Positions 1 to 14,122 of a stretch of DNA of 64,000 bases are shown in pieces. Below the pieces are notes generated by a model, which made no database searches, had not been told where the DNA came from, and was given only the letters and a program-made list of their open reading frames with translations. Origin of the DNA: Balanoglossus misakiensis. Taxonomy: Eukaryota; Animalia; Hemichordata. The stretch spans positions 8,809,403 through 8,873,402 of the forward strand of contig CM082587.2 in assembly GCA_040954595.2 (NCBI GenBank), in the 5' to 3' direction. Positions within the stretch are counted from its first letter, which is position 1. Each line of letters begins with the position of its first letter. Both the position numbers and the translations under genes were made by a program.

Positions 1-563
1 ATTGTTTCTAAAATTGGCGAAAAACTGATTTCTTGAAAGGCCGAAGAGCCTTATGACCATAATGGTTTTGTACTATGCACCACCCTAGCCCTGTTCCCCC
101 AAATCATTGCTTCGAAATATAAACTTTGAGCATTCAGGACTTGATAATTGACACCATGCTGCAATTCCTGAAAGCGCCATTTCTGATATTCTTCCTATTT
201 CATTCACAGAGAATGAGGCGAAGGCAGAGATGTCTGAAACAATTTGGAGAGCGAGAGAGGCGTGTAGAAGCGTTGAGATGCATGGTAAGTGATTTACAAC
301 AATTGCAGATAACCTGAAACTGAAGTGTCTTTTCATATCTGTAACCCAGAAATAGACAAACACATTTTGTTCACATATGGCACATGTAGCTTGCATATGA
401 ATATCCGCTTTTTATATCTACTTGAAGCTTTTCGGATATAAGTAGGCTGACGGTGGCGCTCTTTTTTTCGCATGTGCCACCCACTGAAAATCTATCTGTG
501 ATTGGCTAGATCTCAAATTGCCATGGTAACTTTGGCTTATTCTCCATAAGTGACCGTATACCT
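1..563. mobile_element. Possible right end of a TTAA-flanked (Kolobok-like) non-autonomous DNA element
   Basis: Ends ...gaccgtataCCT|TTAA (564-567), resembling other TTAA-flanked termini in the window. The other end is not visible. Confidence 0.3.
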
Positions 564-2449
564 TTAACGGAACCACTGATGATTATAGGACTAATCTTTA
601 TGGCAATATAACTGTAGCCATTGTACAGACTTTTATATAACAAATCCGAGTTTTTATGCATTGTTCAATGGGATTCTGCAATGATGCAAACAAAAGAATA
701 ATTTTTGTGCTACATTCTGGCAAATGGGGATATAGCTAATACTAGTATGAATTTATGAGTGCCTAGGAAGGCTATCTGTGACATGGATGAACTGTACTAT
801 GCGATCGAGTTGCACATAAGGTGGGTCATGGGCATTCAAATACATAACAGCGCCCTCTATCGGTTGGATATGTAAATGTCAAATTCGAACTAGTACCAAG
901 GCTCACGAGTGTGAACAGTTAATTAAAGCAACATAAAGGAAATATTGGTAATTTTAAAAAGCGAAATTTTGGCACTTCAAAAAGACTCAGTGTACGAAGT
1001 CGTGTTGTAACAAGTTCTGCCTGCGTACTAGCCTGTCATCTGCACCAGGTCTAGAATGAGAAACCTAGATGTCAGAGAGAAAAGGCTTCCAAAATGAGCA
1101 TTTAGGAACAAATTTTCATTTTATTTGATTGGGCTGGTCATAAAACTTCTCTGCAACCACACATTTTTTTGGTAAAACTTATAGAACATTTTCATCAGGT
1201 TGACCATTGTTTAATTTTAGAAGAAAACACCCAATTTTTGTTAATTTTAGTTGTTTATGGCCCCATTTTCTGGAAATTTTGCGGGGAACATGTTTTTCTC
1301 ATTTTTTTTTCAAAAAAGGTACCTTACTTATGCGAAATGAAATAAACTTTTGAATTTTTGATATCTCCTAAGAGAAAATCATGATCTGAGACTGTTTTAA
1401 ATGATGTCTGCGACCAGTATGGGCTATTAAATTCTTTGCGCACAACAGTTTGACAATGTTTGCAATTGTCTTGCAAATGATATCTACCGGTACATTGTCA
1501 CAGTTGTAGTTTGTGACATGTCATTGACAATGCTATCTGGGACCAAGTATTGGAGACATATAGCTACAGTTCCCATCCCATTTGTGCTCTGTACACTACA
1601 CTCAATTATATACAGGATCGTCAGGGTGACTGCTGACTGCATGTGTGGTAGGCTCTGCAGACCTGAACGACTTTCACCAAATTGCTTATCACATGAAGCA
1701 GTGGAAGACTTCATTTGAAACTACTAAAGTGCTACTCACACATGTATACATGTACCAGTCACAGATAGCTTTCTGCAGTACCCTTACACTTGCTTTGTGA
1801 TGGATGCCAGTAATTTCGCACACCAAAGAACACAGGCTTCAGAGAACAGACAATTTGTGGTCAAAAAATCAATTTTTCTAGCACTGCTTGTAAGATTGCC
1901 ATGACACGTGACATTTCATTGGGCATGTTCCTAGTAAATGTTTTTACATTTCCATATATCTATATGGTGAGGTCATTATGGAGAAGGATTTGCTAATTCT
2001 ATTTTTTGTATCATTTGAACTTAGACCAAGGATCCTCTAGAAGATCCTCCAGAAATGCCCGATGTAAGTAGCTTTGATTGTTCTGATCTCTTTTAGTCAT
2101 GTGTGCTTTCATACAATGTTTATAGTGCTACAGTATTGATTTGTTGATTGTATATTCACCAATTAATGCTCCTCGTGCATACTTTGCGGTATTTTCGTAA
2201 TAACCTCATAGTATGTAAGTTTGCAATTTTGTGTGTGTTTTTTTTGTGTGTGTTGTGTTTTCTGTATCTATGTTCTCTACAAATAACTTTGTGTAAGATC
2301 TGTATTTTGTATAGAGGTGCATTGTCACTTATCAGTTTTATTTTTACTTTCCAGCTCCAGGTTTTTTGGTGGGTGCTGGTCATGGTTCTTGCAGTGGTGT
2401 GTTGTGGTTTGGTAAGTAAGCACATGTTAAACTGTTATGACAATTTATG

Positions 2450-2660
2450 TTTGAAAACCACCACGCGTATCACCTTGATATTTGGAGTGCAGAGATCCTG
2501 CATGCTGGGCTGTAGATGTAAATATGTACCAGTATGTACACCTTCTGTAAAATTCATATGGGTACCTAAAACAATTTTAACTTGGTTGACATGACAATAT
2601 TAGACAACTCTTCTAATTTGCATTATTCAAAATGGCCGCCAAAATCCTCTTTAACTTTTG
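2450..2660 (+). repeat. Internal fragment of the Helentron-type (HINE) family seen at 19126, 32957 and 48114
   Basis: Shares cgcgtatcaccttgatatttgg...gctgggctgtagatg with those copies, plus one ~110-bp subunit like those at 31337 and 35309. Confidence 0.6.
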
Positions 2661-3809
2661 GCCTTCTTGTCCCACGATTGTCAGATTGCTTTGAAATTTA
2701 TGATATCAAAGTCTGATTTTGTGGCTTTTTTGTAATTTTTTATTAACATCAAGAGGATATAAAAAGGGTTTTTACATGTCATTTTTATCAGGGCTCACTT
2801 ACATTTTCACTCAGTGAAATTGGTACAACAAAACTAAAAATATCACGAAGTTGCATTGATTCAATAAAAAAATCCAAATAGCATGCGTGACTGACCAAAG
2901 TCTCCATCCTACCAAATTTCAGCAGAAGTAACTAAAGCGTTTTCAAACGGTGGATGTCAACGGCTCACAGCAAGTGTTATTGTATACAGAAAATCACAAA
3001 ATTTCGAGACCCTATTTAAGACTGGGGGAGCTAATTCGAAACTGTCTGGATGAATCTTGCGTGGTGCACCTGACTTCGAGAGTACCTGTGTGCAAACATT
3101 GGAAGCAGTCATCTTGGGCATGGCTGGATAGAAGTTTTATGCAAGATGGTGGGCCCGTACCTGACCCTTTCCTTTTAGCTAGTGCTGCCAGCCGTGGGAA
3201 TGGGGCAGGGGATCAGACTACTGGATGCATTTCTCCTATAGGCAACATTTTAAACTTCTTTTGCTTTTTCCTCAGGTACTTCCCTTGGGTCAACATAAAA
3301 AAGACACATTAACCTTTCAACAACTGGAGAATTGGCAAATACAGAAGGAGAGGCTCCTAAAGCAACAACAACATTTACAGAACGAAATTGATTGGATAGA
3401 CCAACAATCGACACTCTTAGAGGATTTCACTGTGCTTGAAAATATATTCACGACCTTGCAGGAGGAGACAAGGTAGGTGTGGTGTACACTTGGATATTTG
3501 TGTAAAGTTGAATATACATGATACTACAGTGGCACCTCTGTGCCTACAAAAATTGGCACAAAGTCTAAATTTGTCGTCAGAACTCTAATATTTGCAGTCA
3601 CATTTTATGTTTTTCAGGACACAATTTCCATTTTCATTAGAGCGCACTCATAACATTTGCATATTGTAAATGTGGTAACTCATGACAGTAGTGTAGTCGT
3701 CATGTGCCACATGACTGGTCGGCCCAGCCTCAAGCACTTCAAAAATAGCAATATGTACTCAAAAGGAACGTGCCAACGAAATGTGGCAGTCAATAATTGT
3801 AGAAAGGAA

Positions 3810-4000
3810 TTCAAGGGACAAAGTCTCTCTCTCACTGCCCTTTTTCCATTAATTATGTTTGATGGACACCATTTGTGTTATTCTACATGTGGACATGTAG
3901 TGAGTCAATGTTCGACATCACACAACTTCCATCCCACTTGTAGACACAAGAGTGAAAAAAACTCGCCAAATTTAATAATCGGTCTCTACCATTGGGGAGA
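3810..4000 (+). repeat. Interspersed repeat starting (TTAA)AGGGACA; related copies near 17340-17600 and 26811-26990
   Basis: Shared ctctctc..gcccttttt-ccatt..ttatgtttgat..acaccattt.tgtta in three places, preceded by ttcaagggaca, ttaaagggaca or ttaatggaaca. Confidence 0.55.
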
Positions 4001-7000
4001 TTTTTACTCTTGTATCCTATAATAATTTTGGCAATTACTGAAAAGAACAGTAAATTGAGTTCGTTTGAGCTCATGAGTCTTGTGCGTACTATCAACTATC
4101 TCTAATGTTGTACTGTCTTTGGTTTCTTTCAGCTGGGATGAGCTGCACGGCTCAATAGAAGCCAAGTTGTATTATGTTGAAAAATTAAACCACATGGATG
4201 AGGTCCTCAACACAATGGCTGTAAAAACGCGACTATTGAAAATGTGGCTTGCCATGGACCCGGAACGTTGAAAGGTAAATGGTGAATCTTGACCCAGTGT
4301 GTGACCTTAAATTTACATCCTGGCATTTTGTTGGTATGATTTAACCATTTCGAGTTTAAAGTCTGGATCAATCTACCTTACTTACTGAATCTGTGCACTG
4401 TAAATCATCTCAAAATAAAATGTTTGAATATTGTCTATTACACAAAATGGAACATATTGTAATACATGTATGTTGAATTATGTATGGCACCATGCCAACA
4501 AAACACGGGTGTTTCTAAAACTTGTAACGAGCAGAACCTACTGTAATGACCAATAATATGACCTTGAAATAGAATCGTTGTCATGTAGACTGTGTATAGT
4601 ACAACTTGATGGACTCTTACATTTACATTATCTGACCTGTGTACTGCAAAGACAATAATGCCTGGAGTTATAAAGGGCGTTTGATCACAGAAGCTGTCTT
4701 TGTGTCACATGCAGTCGAATTACTCCTCATTTTACACCACCACCCCAAGCTCATCACTTATTTTCCTGCATCTGTTTGCTTTTTTTCAGATCCACGAGTA
4801 ACGTACTACCCCCGGTAGATGGTGTGTTGCAGGCTGGTGAACATCTCTGCCAACTGGCTGAGGAATTCGTAGAGATGATTTTGAACAGAAGTCCGACTAC
4901 ATGTACAATGCAGCTTTCATTATGCCTTATCGGTCCACATGAGGTTGTATATATTTTTGTAAATTTTGTTAAGTGTACACATCTGTATTTGAACAGTTTT
5001 TTTATATATGGATATTAAGTTAGTTTTATTATAATTAGTTATAGTATAGTATAGATATTTTCTGTTTATTTGTTTGTTTGTTAGGTTGTTTGTTTGTTTG
5101 TTTGGTGTAAGTGTGTGTGTTCATATTTATTTATGAAGTGTTGGGTGTACCATATAATACCACGGCCACACTGATAAAAATTGAAACGTTTCAGAGACAC
5201 TATTTGCCTTTTGTATACACAGATAATTGATCCTTTGACTCGCTTGTGTCCACACACACAAAATTTATGTATAGGCACTGAGGCTCGGTCCGATAGATAA
5301 TGGGTTTTGGAGTTATGTTAATCCTTACATCAGGTCTGGCTTTGCCGTCGCAGAATGATAACCCCTGATTCAAATTGCCCATTTGACATCAAACCATCAA
5401 TATTCAGAAAAGATGTGAATTTTCTATGACTTCCAATTATTGTTTTCATAATGTACAGAAAAGTTTACATTGGATCACTTAATCATTCAGCAATCCATTT
5501 TCTTTTGATTTTGAATATATCTAGTTTTGTTTACACTTCCCTGACTGTGTGCTTTACGATAAAATAGTACACTTGACGTCAGGGGTACCATGATGTGCAA
5601 ATGTCCACTACCAAGCTTGGAGTAGGAATTCTTGAGCATTCATAAAGAAAGCAAATTTCTCTGTCATGCAATTTTGATTTTGAATACTAGTATATCTAAT
5701 TTTGTTTACACATGGTTCCATGACTGTGTGCTTTACGATACACATTTTCATTGATTTGTTTCACAATATAATCTAATGTGGCTGTTGGGCCATATTGGAT
5801 GGTATTGTGACGTGTTGTTTGCAGTGAGGTTTGATACAGCTCCCAGCAGACACCACTTTGTGTGAATTTCTTCATGTCATCGCCAATTTGTCACTTTTGT
5901 GGGTTATTTGTTTGGTGTTATGATTTCGCCCCTTTAACTGTCGATCCAGTAGAGACAGTGTCATTAACAATGGATTGCCATGCATAACTTGACGAGGAGA
6001 GTCCATGGAAAGTCAGTTTTATTCAAGAACTAGATTAGGTGGTGCCTTGAAGGACTAAATCGTAGAATTTGTAATAATAACAGTTGACCCTTTGATACAA
6101 GGTGTCAGTAAAGAATTTGGAGTCGCTTACAGGCAAAAATTCAGAAAATGTGGATCATGAAAGTGAGAGTTCGTCCCTACAATGATTGGAAGTCTTCATT
6201 CATGTTATAAAAACATGCGCAAATTAAAGAACATACGTAAGACAGTATGTTGTACGACATCTTTGGAGGACATATAAATAGAGTTTACTGCTTGGAACAG
6301 CATTCCGTTGTATTGCCTTGTTAGCCTTTGTGTAAATTACAGGCTCTTGCTTCTAATACTTGTGTCAAACATTTTTCTACACCCACACTCATAGTGGGTG
6401 TATGGTTTGGGTGCTACTTCTACTTTCATACTCCTATGGCCCATGTGTGTCCTGACTTCAATATTGCAGAATCTTGTCTTAGAAATGTGGGTTTATGAGT
6501 GGAGCCACCAGCGCAGCTGTAATATTTGCACCCTTGTCCACTTAGCACAGATTATAACTGCTGTCTTGAAATCTAGCAATATTACTTTACCGACTGAAGA
6601 AGTGAATGGCTGATCTGTAACAGACATGCTCTATAACTTTGCTGACTTCTGCACCTGGGCTTCTGGGATACAGCTATATGTCACATATACCCCTATTGAT
6701 CAGAGTCAAGTGTACCGGTATAGGATGCCATTTGGGGATGCTGCAATCATGGATCACCACAGGGTTCCACCTGGAGGACAGTTAAACGTGGCTCACAAGG
6801 CAGAAATATGTACTGCAAATGGATTTCTCATTGGCTACCCATTGGCTGCCCATATGCTCTGTTCCTATAGTTTTAGCAGTTGTCAGAATTCCTTCTTCCT
6901 TGCCATCAGTGGCATACTATTCTTTCCACATTATGAAACTATCATTTTATAGGTTACCGGTATACATGTACATGTGCGTGTACGTATGATATTATGGAGG

Positions 7001-8309
7001 TGCAGGCAACACCTGTGGGGTATACGTCCACCTGTGTTCACTAAGATACATCTCTCAGCTGAGCCTCTGATCATAGTGATCATCTTCCTTGTGTCTTGTC
7101 TAATGAAACACACCATTTACTGGTATTGTCATTGATATCTCTGATATTGTCAGATCTGTCAGGTTGTGGGCAGCTGCATCTTTCTGAGACCTCTGGTTAT
7201 CTGAACTTGATGACAACCGTTTACTTGAAGCGGTAAGTTTTAATGGGATCTTATAGTCATTCAGCATACATGTATATCCAGAGCCAGTACGTACCACGCA
7301 ATTGTAGGATATCTTACCCAGTGACTTAACTCTTTATCTATCAATTCTTCTGGTGGCCATTCAAAACCAGTCATTGTGTTAGATGACTGAGCTAACACTA
7401 AAACAGATCACCTGCAGCGTCATTGCTTGTCTGGCTATTGCTCAGGCCAAATCACTCAAGTGTAAAACTTTTTCCATCAAAGATTAATGTACTGATTGGG
7501 AACTGGCTTCAAAATGCAGTGAAATGTATGGTGGCAATCACCTAATAAACATTCGTGCTTCACTGCAAGTCTTGATTTGGATCAGACCATTTTTCTGCAT
7601 GCCCAGGCAGTCCAGTTAAGTGTCGTGGGAATCCCACATAAACTTAGCTGCATGCAGTTCTGTCTTTTACTATATACCCAGAAAGCACATAGCCTATCCA
7701 TTCAAGTAGTACTGGTAGCAGTGAGACAAGAACAGCCAATACCACATCAACTGGCCTGGCAAGAGCTCTGTTTAATTATTTCTCTCAACTCCTCTTGCTC
7801 AATGTACTCACTGGATCCTGTTCCCTCAGCCAATCCATTCACAGTTTGTAAACTACATGATGAATCTGTATGATGGCAGCTTTCTTTTCTCTTCTCTATT
7901 GTCTATGTTTCTTGGTAGTACGTGTCCAGATGGTTTTAACAGTCGTGTCTTTTCTCTATTTGCGGAGGCCTCTCTGGCCAATTGGCTTATTTGCGATGCA
8001 CACAAAAATACTTGCCAAGAGGATGGATCAACTAGGTCAGCGAGATCACTCTATTCCTGACAACTACTTTGAGCTAGACCATCAACTCATGCTTTCAACC
8101 CTAAGCTATCTTATAGCAGGGTCCCAGAGCCATAGTTTCTCACCATGTGATGAATCCTTGTCCAACCATGGAGTATTGCTCTTCAGGAATTATGAATAGT
8201 CAAGCCATTGTAGGAAGAGTTCAGTGGAGATTGCATTGTACTTCACCAAGGCATACTAGAGATCATGCCAGCTGATGTGGCTGATATATCTTACCAGGAG
8301 ACCTACATG

Positions 8310-8792
8310 TATTTGCTTTATGCAGTTTGTTATGCTCAGATCTTTGTTATTCTGATTCACAAAGCCCTGGCTCCTACTTTTGGAGTGCTCATGGGCGGAT
8401 CGTAAAAGACCTAGCTTCTGGCGAACACTTAGGGAAAACAGACCAAAGCAGACCACCGTTACACCACAGGGATGTTTGCAAGAGACACGAAGGCCCTGGA
8501 CATCGACACAAACTCTAAGCCTCAGACCGAATGACCTGGAGACAAGTGGTTGGCAGCGGCCTGTCCAACTTTGAAGAAACACGTCCTCACCCAAACGTCC
8601 GAAGTCAAGACACAGAGAAGGAAGACATCAAGGCAGGCAAACAGATCCTTCTTAGCCTTCATCTGTGTAAAGTGTCAGAGAGACTGTTATTCTCACTTTT
8701 CATTGACTATAGTCACACCTGATGCTGTTCCAGATCTAGACCAGCATCCCAGCATGCAGATCCATTAGTCTCTCGAGACTGAAGGATGCCAC
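8310..8792 (+). mobile_element. Decayed 3' end of an RTE-clade LINE
   Basis: Frameshifted peptides GRIVKDL..GE...RPPLHHRDVCKR, WRQVVGSGLSNFEETR and FICVKCQRDCYS, followed by the typical RTE tail LVSRD*RMP. Confidence 0.75.
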
Positions 8793-11196
8793 CGCACCTC
8801 ATCCCTACTGCCTCCACATCTATGGGACAGTTTAATCTAGTGGAACACACTCTGAGCATTTCACCATCTATCTCATACATCTGCATTATGGAGATGATTT
8901 CATTACTTCTGTCTCACTTCAGAGAGGGGAAATTTACACAAAGGCTTTTATTAGGGATTCAAGATAAAATTCTTTCGTCAATTTAAGTGATGGTTTCCAA
9001 AAGTCACACAACCCATGAATCAAGGTGTTATAACTCACCTCATCTGACCTTGAAACAGACACAACAGAAATGTTTACAACATCAATAATAATGTATGGAT
9101 ATAAGCAATCTCAAGCCAGTGAATGGGATCTTGTATATTTCGACAAATGAAAAATAACAGCATCTGGCAGTCACACATGTTCACTTATGTCATATGGTGT
9201 AAACCCAAACATAATGTCGAAAAAAAATTGCATTAGAGATTGTAGCGTCCTGCAATGTGTTGCAAGTAAATTTGTTGATAATATGATGTGACAGCTAGAC
9301 ACTAAAAACGGAAATCATACACTTAGTATGGAAATTGGAATGTTACGTTTGTTACAGAGTAAACAATTATTTGCATTTATTATTAAATGCATTGAAATTT
9401 GACAAAGCAAAGAGAATAACTCTGATGGACAGACAAAAACTACTCTTCTCAAAATTGTCATACGTGCTGTCTAGAAATCACATATTATCACAGTCTACTG
9501 GTCAGGACCTTGCAGGCCTACAGATTCTCTGATGACTGCTTTCAGGACAGTTATCACTTGAACATTACAGCCTTCTATTCCCACACCTAACCTCTAACCC
9601 CTAACCCCTAACCTGAATAGCAGGCAGGAATGTCTAGGTTTACTGTCCATGATACCTTCTGAATATTTGGCAAAAATTAGTTTTACCTCTACACCAAAAC
9701 ATAGGTGCCAAATTGTATGACTGCCTACAATTTTTATTCACTCTTTGATGTGTCAAACTTCAACAAATTATGCCTGCCCAAAAAACAGAACATATTTCGT
9801 AAGAACTTTTATTAAAGTTATTATCAAACATTTGGTGCATTACTGTTTCAAGGCTGAAGTAGTGAGAATTAATCCTTAGTCATGGGTTGTCAGAATCTCT
9901 AGATGCCAGTATTTTCATGATCATACTCATAAACGGAAATTTTCATAAAATGTATGATCTCCAACGATGCATCACAGGGAAAATATTTTACAACTTTTTT
10001 GCTAGTTTATTTTTAATTTATTATCAGACCATCATAGGCTTCCTGTCATTACAGGTACTACTCTCATTTGCATGTTACATATTTGCTGCATTTTTATCAC
10101 CAAGCGTTTCAAATTCTTGTCCTGATGCATTGATATCAGGGAGACAACGGTATTATTATTGCAAATCCCATGGTTTAGACCTTCAAGGCACTGGCTATTC
10201 TCGTTTTTGAATGAAGCTGGTTTTCCCTCTGGGCCCTCTGAGTCAGTTATGCATGTGCAATTCATTGTTAATGACATTGCCTCTGCTGGATTGACAGTTG
10301 CAGGGGTTAATCATAGCACCTCACAAATGATCCACAAGACTGACAAATTGGTTGAAGACCTGGAGAAATTCACGCAAAGTGAATACTGCTGGGAGCTATA
10401 TTGAAACACATTGTAGACAGACACATTTCACAATACCATCCAATATGCTATGGCATCAACATTCAATCAGTCACTGTTAAACAATCTGTCGGCATTTGTA
10501 CTTTCCACCTTGTTGTAAGAGTTGCTCGCTTTGCTTGACATCTCTTGCTTTGGCTGTATTTGCCTGAATGGCAAGTCTGCAAAGTGTTTGGCAATTGTTT
10601 GAAATCTATTATTTTTTTTATTTGATTTTAATTTGATTGATTTTTCTTGTTTGAATACTTTCTTTAATTTATATGCAATTTTTCTGATCTTTACTTAATG
10701 TTTGTAGTTGTAGTTTATTCCGCAACATTTTTTGGGGGTTGAAACCCAAGATGTGAAGTCTAGACAGGCTTAAAAAACAGCAGTTCAGATACACAAGAAA
10801 ATCAAACATTTGTAGCCTGTTTCTCCAACAAGCTGTATTTTGTTGGTACATAACATTTTAGATGATACGAGTAAGAGTTTGAAAAGCGAAAAAAAAAAAC
10901 TGACCAGAACACTGGCGTAGCTTATTTACTCCATCGTTGCAATACAATACATGGATGTGAAAGTTTTTCATGTAACTATTGTTTCATAACAAAAGAAAAT
11001 ACTCTGCATCTTGTCTGTCAAGTGCAAACTCCAATGAACACTTACCATGAATCGGTAACGGATCATGTAAATGCCCATTGATCTCCAATGTATTTTATAC
11101 TCAAGAAACATGTGTGGACACAAAACCTGTCTTGGCCAAAACTGCCCCCCCCCCCCTGTAATGCCCAATTTGATGTACCTATTTAATTGTTTGTTT

Positions 11197-11550
11197 GTTT
11201 CGTCTGACTGTCTGTCTGCATATCTGTCTGTCTCTCTGTCTGTCTGTCTGTTTGAGTAAGTGAGTGAATGAGTGAGTTTAGTTTAGTTTAGTTTAGTTTA
11301 GTTTAGTTTAGTTTATCATTATACATTAGTTAGTTAGTTAAACCCTGGACAGAAATAAAAAAATACAAAAAACAAAAACAAAAAATACATTAGTTAGTTA
11401 GTTAAGTAGTTAGTCAGTTAAGTAGTTAGTCAGTTCTTATTTAATTAGTTAATTAGTATAAGTTAAGTAGTTAGTTAATTAGGTTTATTTATTAGTTTAG
11501 TTAGCATACATTTATTTACTTAGTTGATTTATTTATTTTATTTATTTAGT
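11197..11550. repeat. Compound microsatellite: (TGTC)n, (GAGT)n, (GTTTA)n, (TAGT)n, (TTTA)n
   Basis: Short tandem repeats are directly visible. Confidence 0.85.
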
Positions 11551-12489
11551 CAATACAGATGTGTACACTAATTGTTATGAAATAAAAATATATTTTTTCA
11601 ACGTGTGGTCTTATATGTCTGCACTGACTGGAGGGGTAATATGAATTGGTTGCTGTAACAGAGCTTTCATTTATTCTGAGGTGCGGGCCACAAGTCAATC
11701 AGTTGTGTTAAATGCAGATCTCTCCCAGCAGCTGAAAGCTTAAGTGTTACCCTCCCACTACATTAGTCCAGATTTGTATAATGTAATCCTCGCACAAAGG
11801 GGTGTGTTAAATTTAGATGCAAGTATGCCACCTCAGCTTGGTCGTATCAAACTGTACCCAAAGTGCTTAAATGTGACCCTCTAGTCCTCATTTGTATAAT
11901 GTAAGTCTCCCACAAAGGGCTAATGTTAAATTTTAATAGAGGCATGCCACCTGCTTGGTCACATAAAATCCTACCCAAATATACAAGGTTGTTTATGGTT
12001 TTTACCCACGTCAAGAAACAGGATTATAGAGGAAATTGACCAAACAATACAATTAGGACTTAAGTCATAATTGGTATTGACTGAACATAGGGGAGTAGAT
12101 AGGCGGGAGGAGGGTAAGGTCAAATGTCATTTCAATCACCGTGCGAGCAGAACATTTTAAACTTTAGTTTTGATTTACATGAGTGCTAGGTGGGCAGGAT
12201 CAGAGCTACATGTATCACTTAGTCTCAAAACAAATGCCTTACGGAGCACCCACAAACACAACTGTACCTTATTGTCTATTGTGTCATGAAATGAGGAAAG
12301 CTTTTCAGTATTTGAAAAAGGTGTCCAGTCAAAGCAGTGTACATGCAGTATTATCTCCTTCAGATTCACAATCATTGGCTTAATTCTGATATTAACATAT
12401 TTTATACAAGGTTTGATAAGCAAGACTTCTCTGAGGAGTGTGACAGGTGGCTGTCCTCCTGTCCACCGCCAGTCCACCCCTATGTCAGA

Positions 12490-12800
12490 ATGATGTAGTC
12501 ATCACTGTATGTGATGTACCAACCCAAGTGTACAAAACCATGCAAAGCCCCTGGCCCAATGGTATAACCGGTCATGTGCTGAAGACATGCGCAGATGAAC
12601 TACATGTAAGGCCCCATGTTTCAGATTTGTTTCAGCACTCTATTGATACAGGCACTATTCCCAAAATTTGGGAGACTTCAACAATTGTACCACTGTTCCC
12701 AAAATAACTTTTCCTTCGGAGCTTAACCATTACAGACCAGTCGCTCTTACATCCCTCATAATGAAATGTTTAGAACGGTTGATTTTGGCTCATCTACTCT
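12490..12800 (+). mobile_element. Rex1/Babar-like LINE reverse transcriptase fragment (frameshifted)
   Basis: PNGITGHVLKTCADEL...LFQHSIDTGTIPKIWETSTIVP, then in another frame ELNHYRPVALTSLIMKCLERLIL. Confidence 0.75.
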
Positions 12801-13149
12801 CCTAAACGTTTTAAAAAAAGATGACCCCCCCCCCCCTTTTGGATTTCAAAATTTAAGTGACCCCCCCCCCCCCTTGGATTTTGCCGGCCGCCCCCAGGCT
12901 GTAAAAACTGAACGGTCCCTAATCATGCTAATAGATGTTTGCTTCCCAAATATACAGACAAAACATCATTCCAGTTTCACCTTCTTATTAAAAGCCAATA
13001 AATTCTGTTCCATTTCAAAATCTACATGAATAAGAGAATAAAACAGTTAAAATTGGGTGAATCTTGAATTTGAAGGGGAGTTGCGGCTAGCCAATCAAAT
13101 TGCATGTTACGTCGATCTCCCCGGTACACTGAAGGATACGTCCTATTGT

Positions 13150-13352
13150 TCTCTATAAGGCGCCCGTAGCTGTGGTCAGCTAAGGCGCCTGCTGATTGGT
13201 TTATTGGTACAGTAAAGCCAGAGATTTTTGAACGGGAGCTTCTGAGGGAGTTGGTCAGATGGACCGTATTGCGAAGCGACAGCATAAGAATACTGTACGT
13301 ACTGCGAAGTAAAAGACGTCACTGTACCCTACATCTGATTTTAATCAGATTG
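13150..13352. repeat. Interspersed repeat with an inverted copy at ~26994-27160
   Basis: ...gtaaaagacgtc...ccctacatctgattttaatcagattg is the approximate reverse complement of caatctgactaaaatcagatgtagggaacggcgacgtcttttac. Confidence 0.65.
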
Positions 13353-13385
13353 ACCTCTGTGCATCTCTGAATAGTGAAACATTAA

Positions 13386-14122
13386 GGTGGCATTGCATGA
13401 AAAGTTGTGATTTATGTCAAATTTTTACTTTTTTTTTTTTTTACATAAATCGGTAGGTCTAATACTGATCCACATTCTGACTAACGTGTCTTGGCGGAAA
13501 TGGTGCATAATCACCGAAAAATAGCACTTTTCTGAATGAGTCCACAGCTTAAGAAATAGGTGTCAACAATGCAAATGGCCGTTTTTCTCAGTTTGCATTT
13601 TCGCTGCTTTTGACAACTTCAGAAGAATTTAGCTTCGCTCTGCGTTGGCCGAATTTACTCAAATTTTAACAGGGGATTGTGTATGACCCATCTAACAAAA
13701 CGAAAATTTTTTAGTCGATAAAGTGTCCCTGAGGGGAATAAACTCTGATTCAATACAACTCATCATGAATTTGATCATATTTTCTAAAAATCTAAATTTC
13801 AAACGCTGTTACTCCTCAATGGAAGCATATAACGCAAAAAATGTTTTTATTGCACGTGTACTCTAGTTTCGAATGACATATTAAGATACATGATGCATGG
13901 TCAACTAACTTTTTTACCTAATTTCAATTGAATGACAATATAAAAAAATGGGTTTTCTAACCCAAAAACGCCACCATTTCCGGGGGTCAATGAAATGTGC
14001 AACTCAAACAAAAGTTCACAAACTCAGCTTCCAGAATATGTATGGTTTATAGGGGTTTTAATGTTGTCTTTGATGAGAAATAGGCCTCTGAAAAAGTCTT
14101 GACGATTTCGTGCAATGCCACC
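13386..14122. mobile_element. Complete non-autonomous DNA transposon, TTAA TSD, GG termini (Kolobok-like)
   Basis: TTAA|ggtggcattgcatgaaa ... tttcgtgcaatgccacc|TTAA gives a 16/17 TIR match. A second, inverted copy starts at 63829. Confidence 0.85.

Larger units (their letters stand above)
2025..4274 (+). pseudogene. Unidentified multi-exon coiled-coil gene fragment (exons 2025-2063, 3276-3472, 4133-4274)
   Basis: Three segments have AG acceptors and GT donors with compatible phases (0/0, 0/2, 2/0). They read TKDPLEDPPEMPD|VLPLGQHKK...QEETS|WDELHGS...MDPER*. A TGA at 4269-4271 lies just before the third donor. Confidence 0.45.

Noticed and set aside
6300-8250. Coding-like composition on the minus strand
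   Set aside because: Many stops and no motif I can assign. It may be a decayed gene or transposon but cannot be supported without a search.
9586-9614. Interstitial telomeric repeat (also ~16680-16760)
   Set aside because: Only a few degenerate ctaacc units, which are common inside invertebrate repeats.
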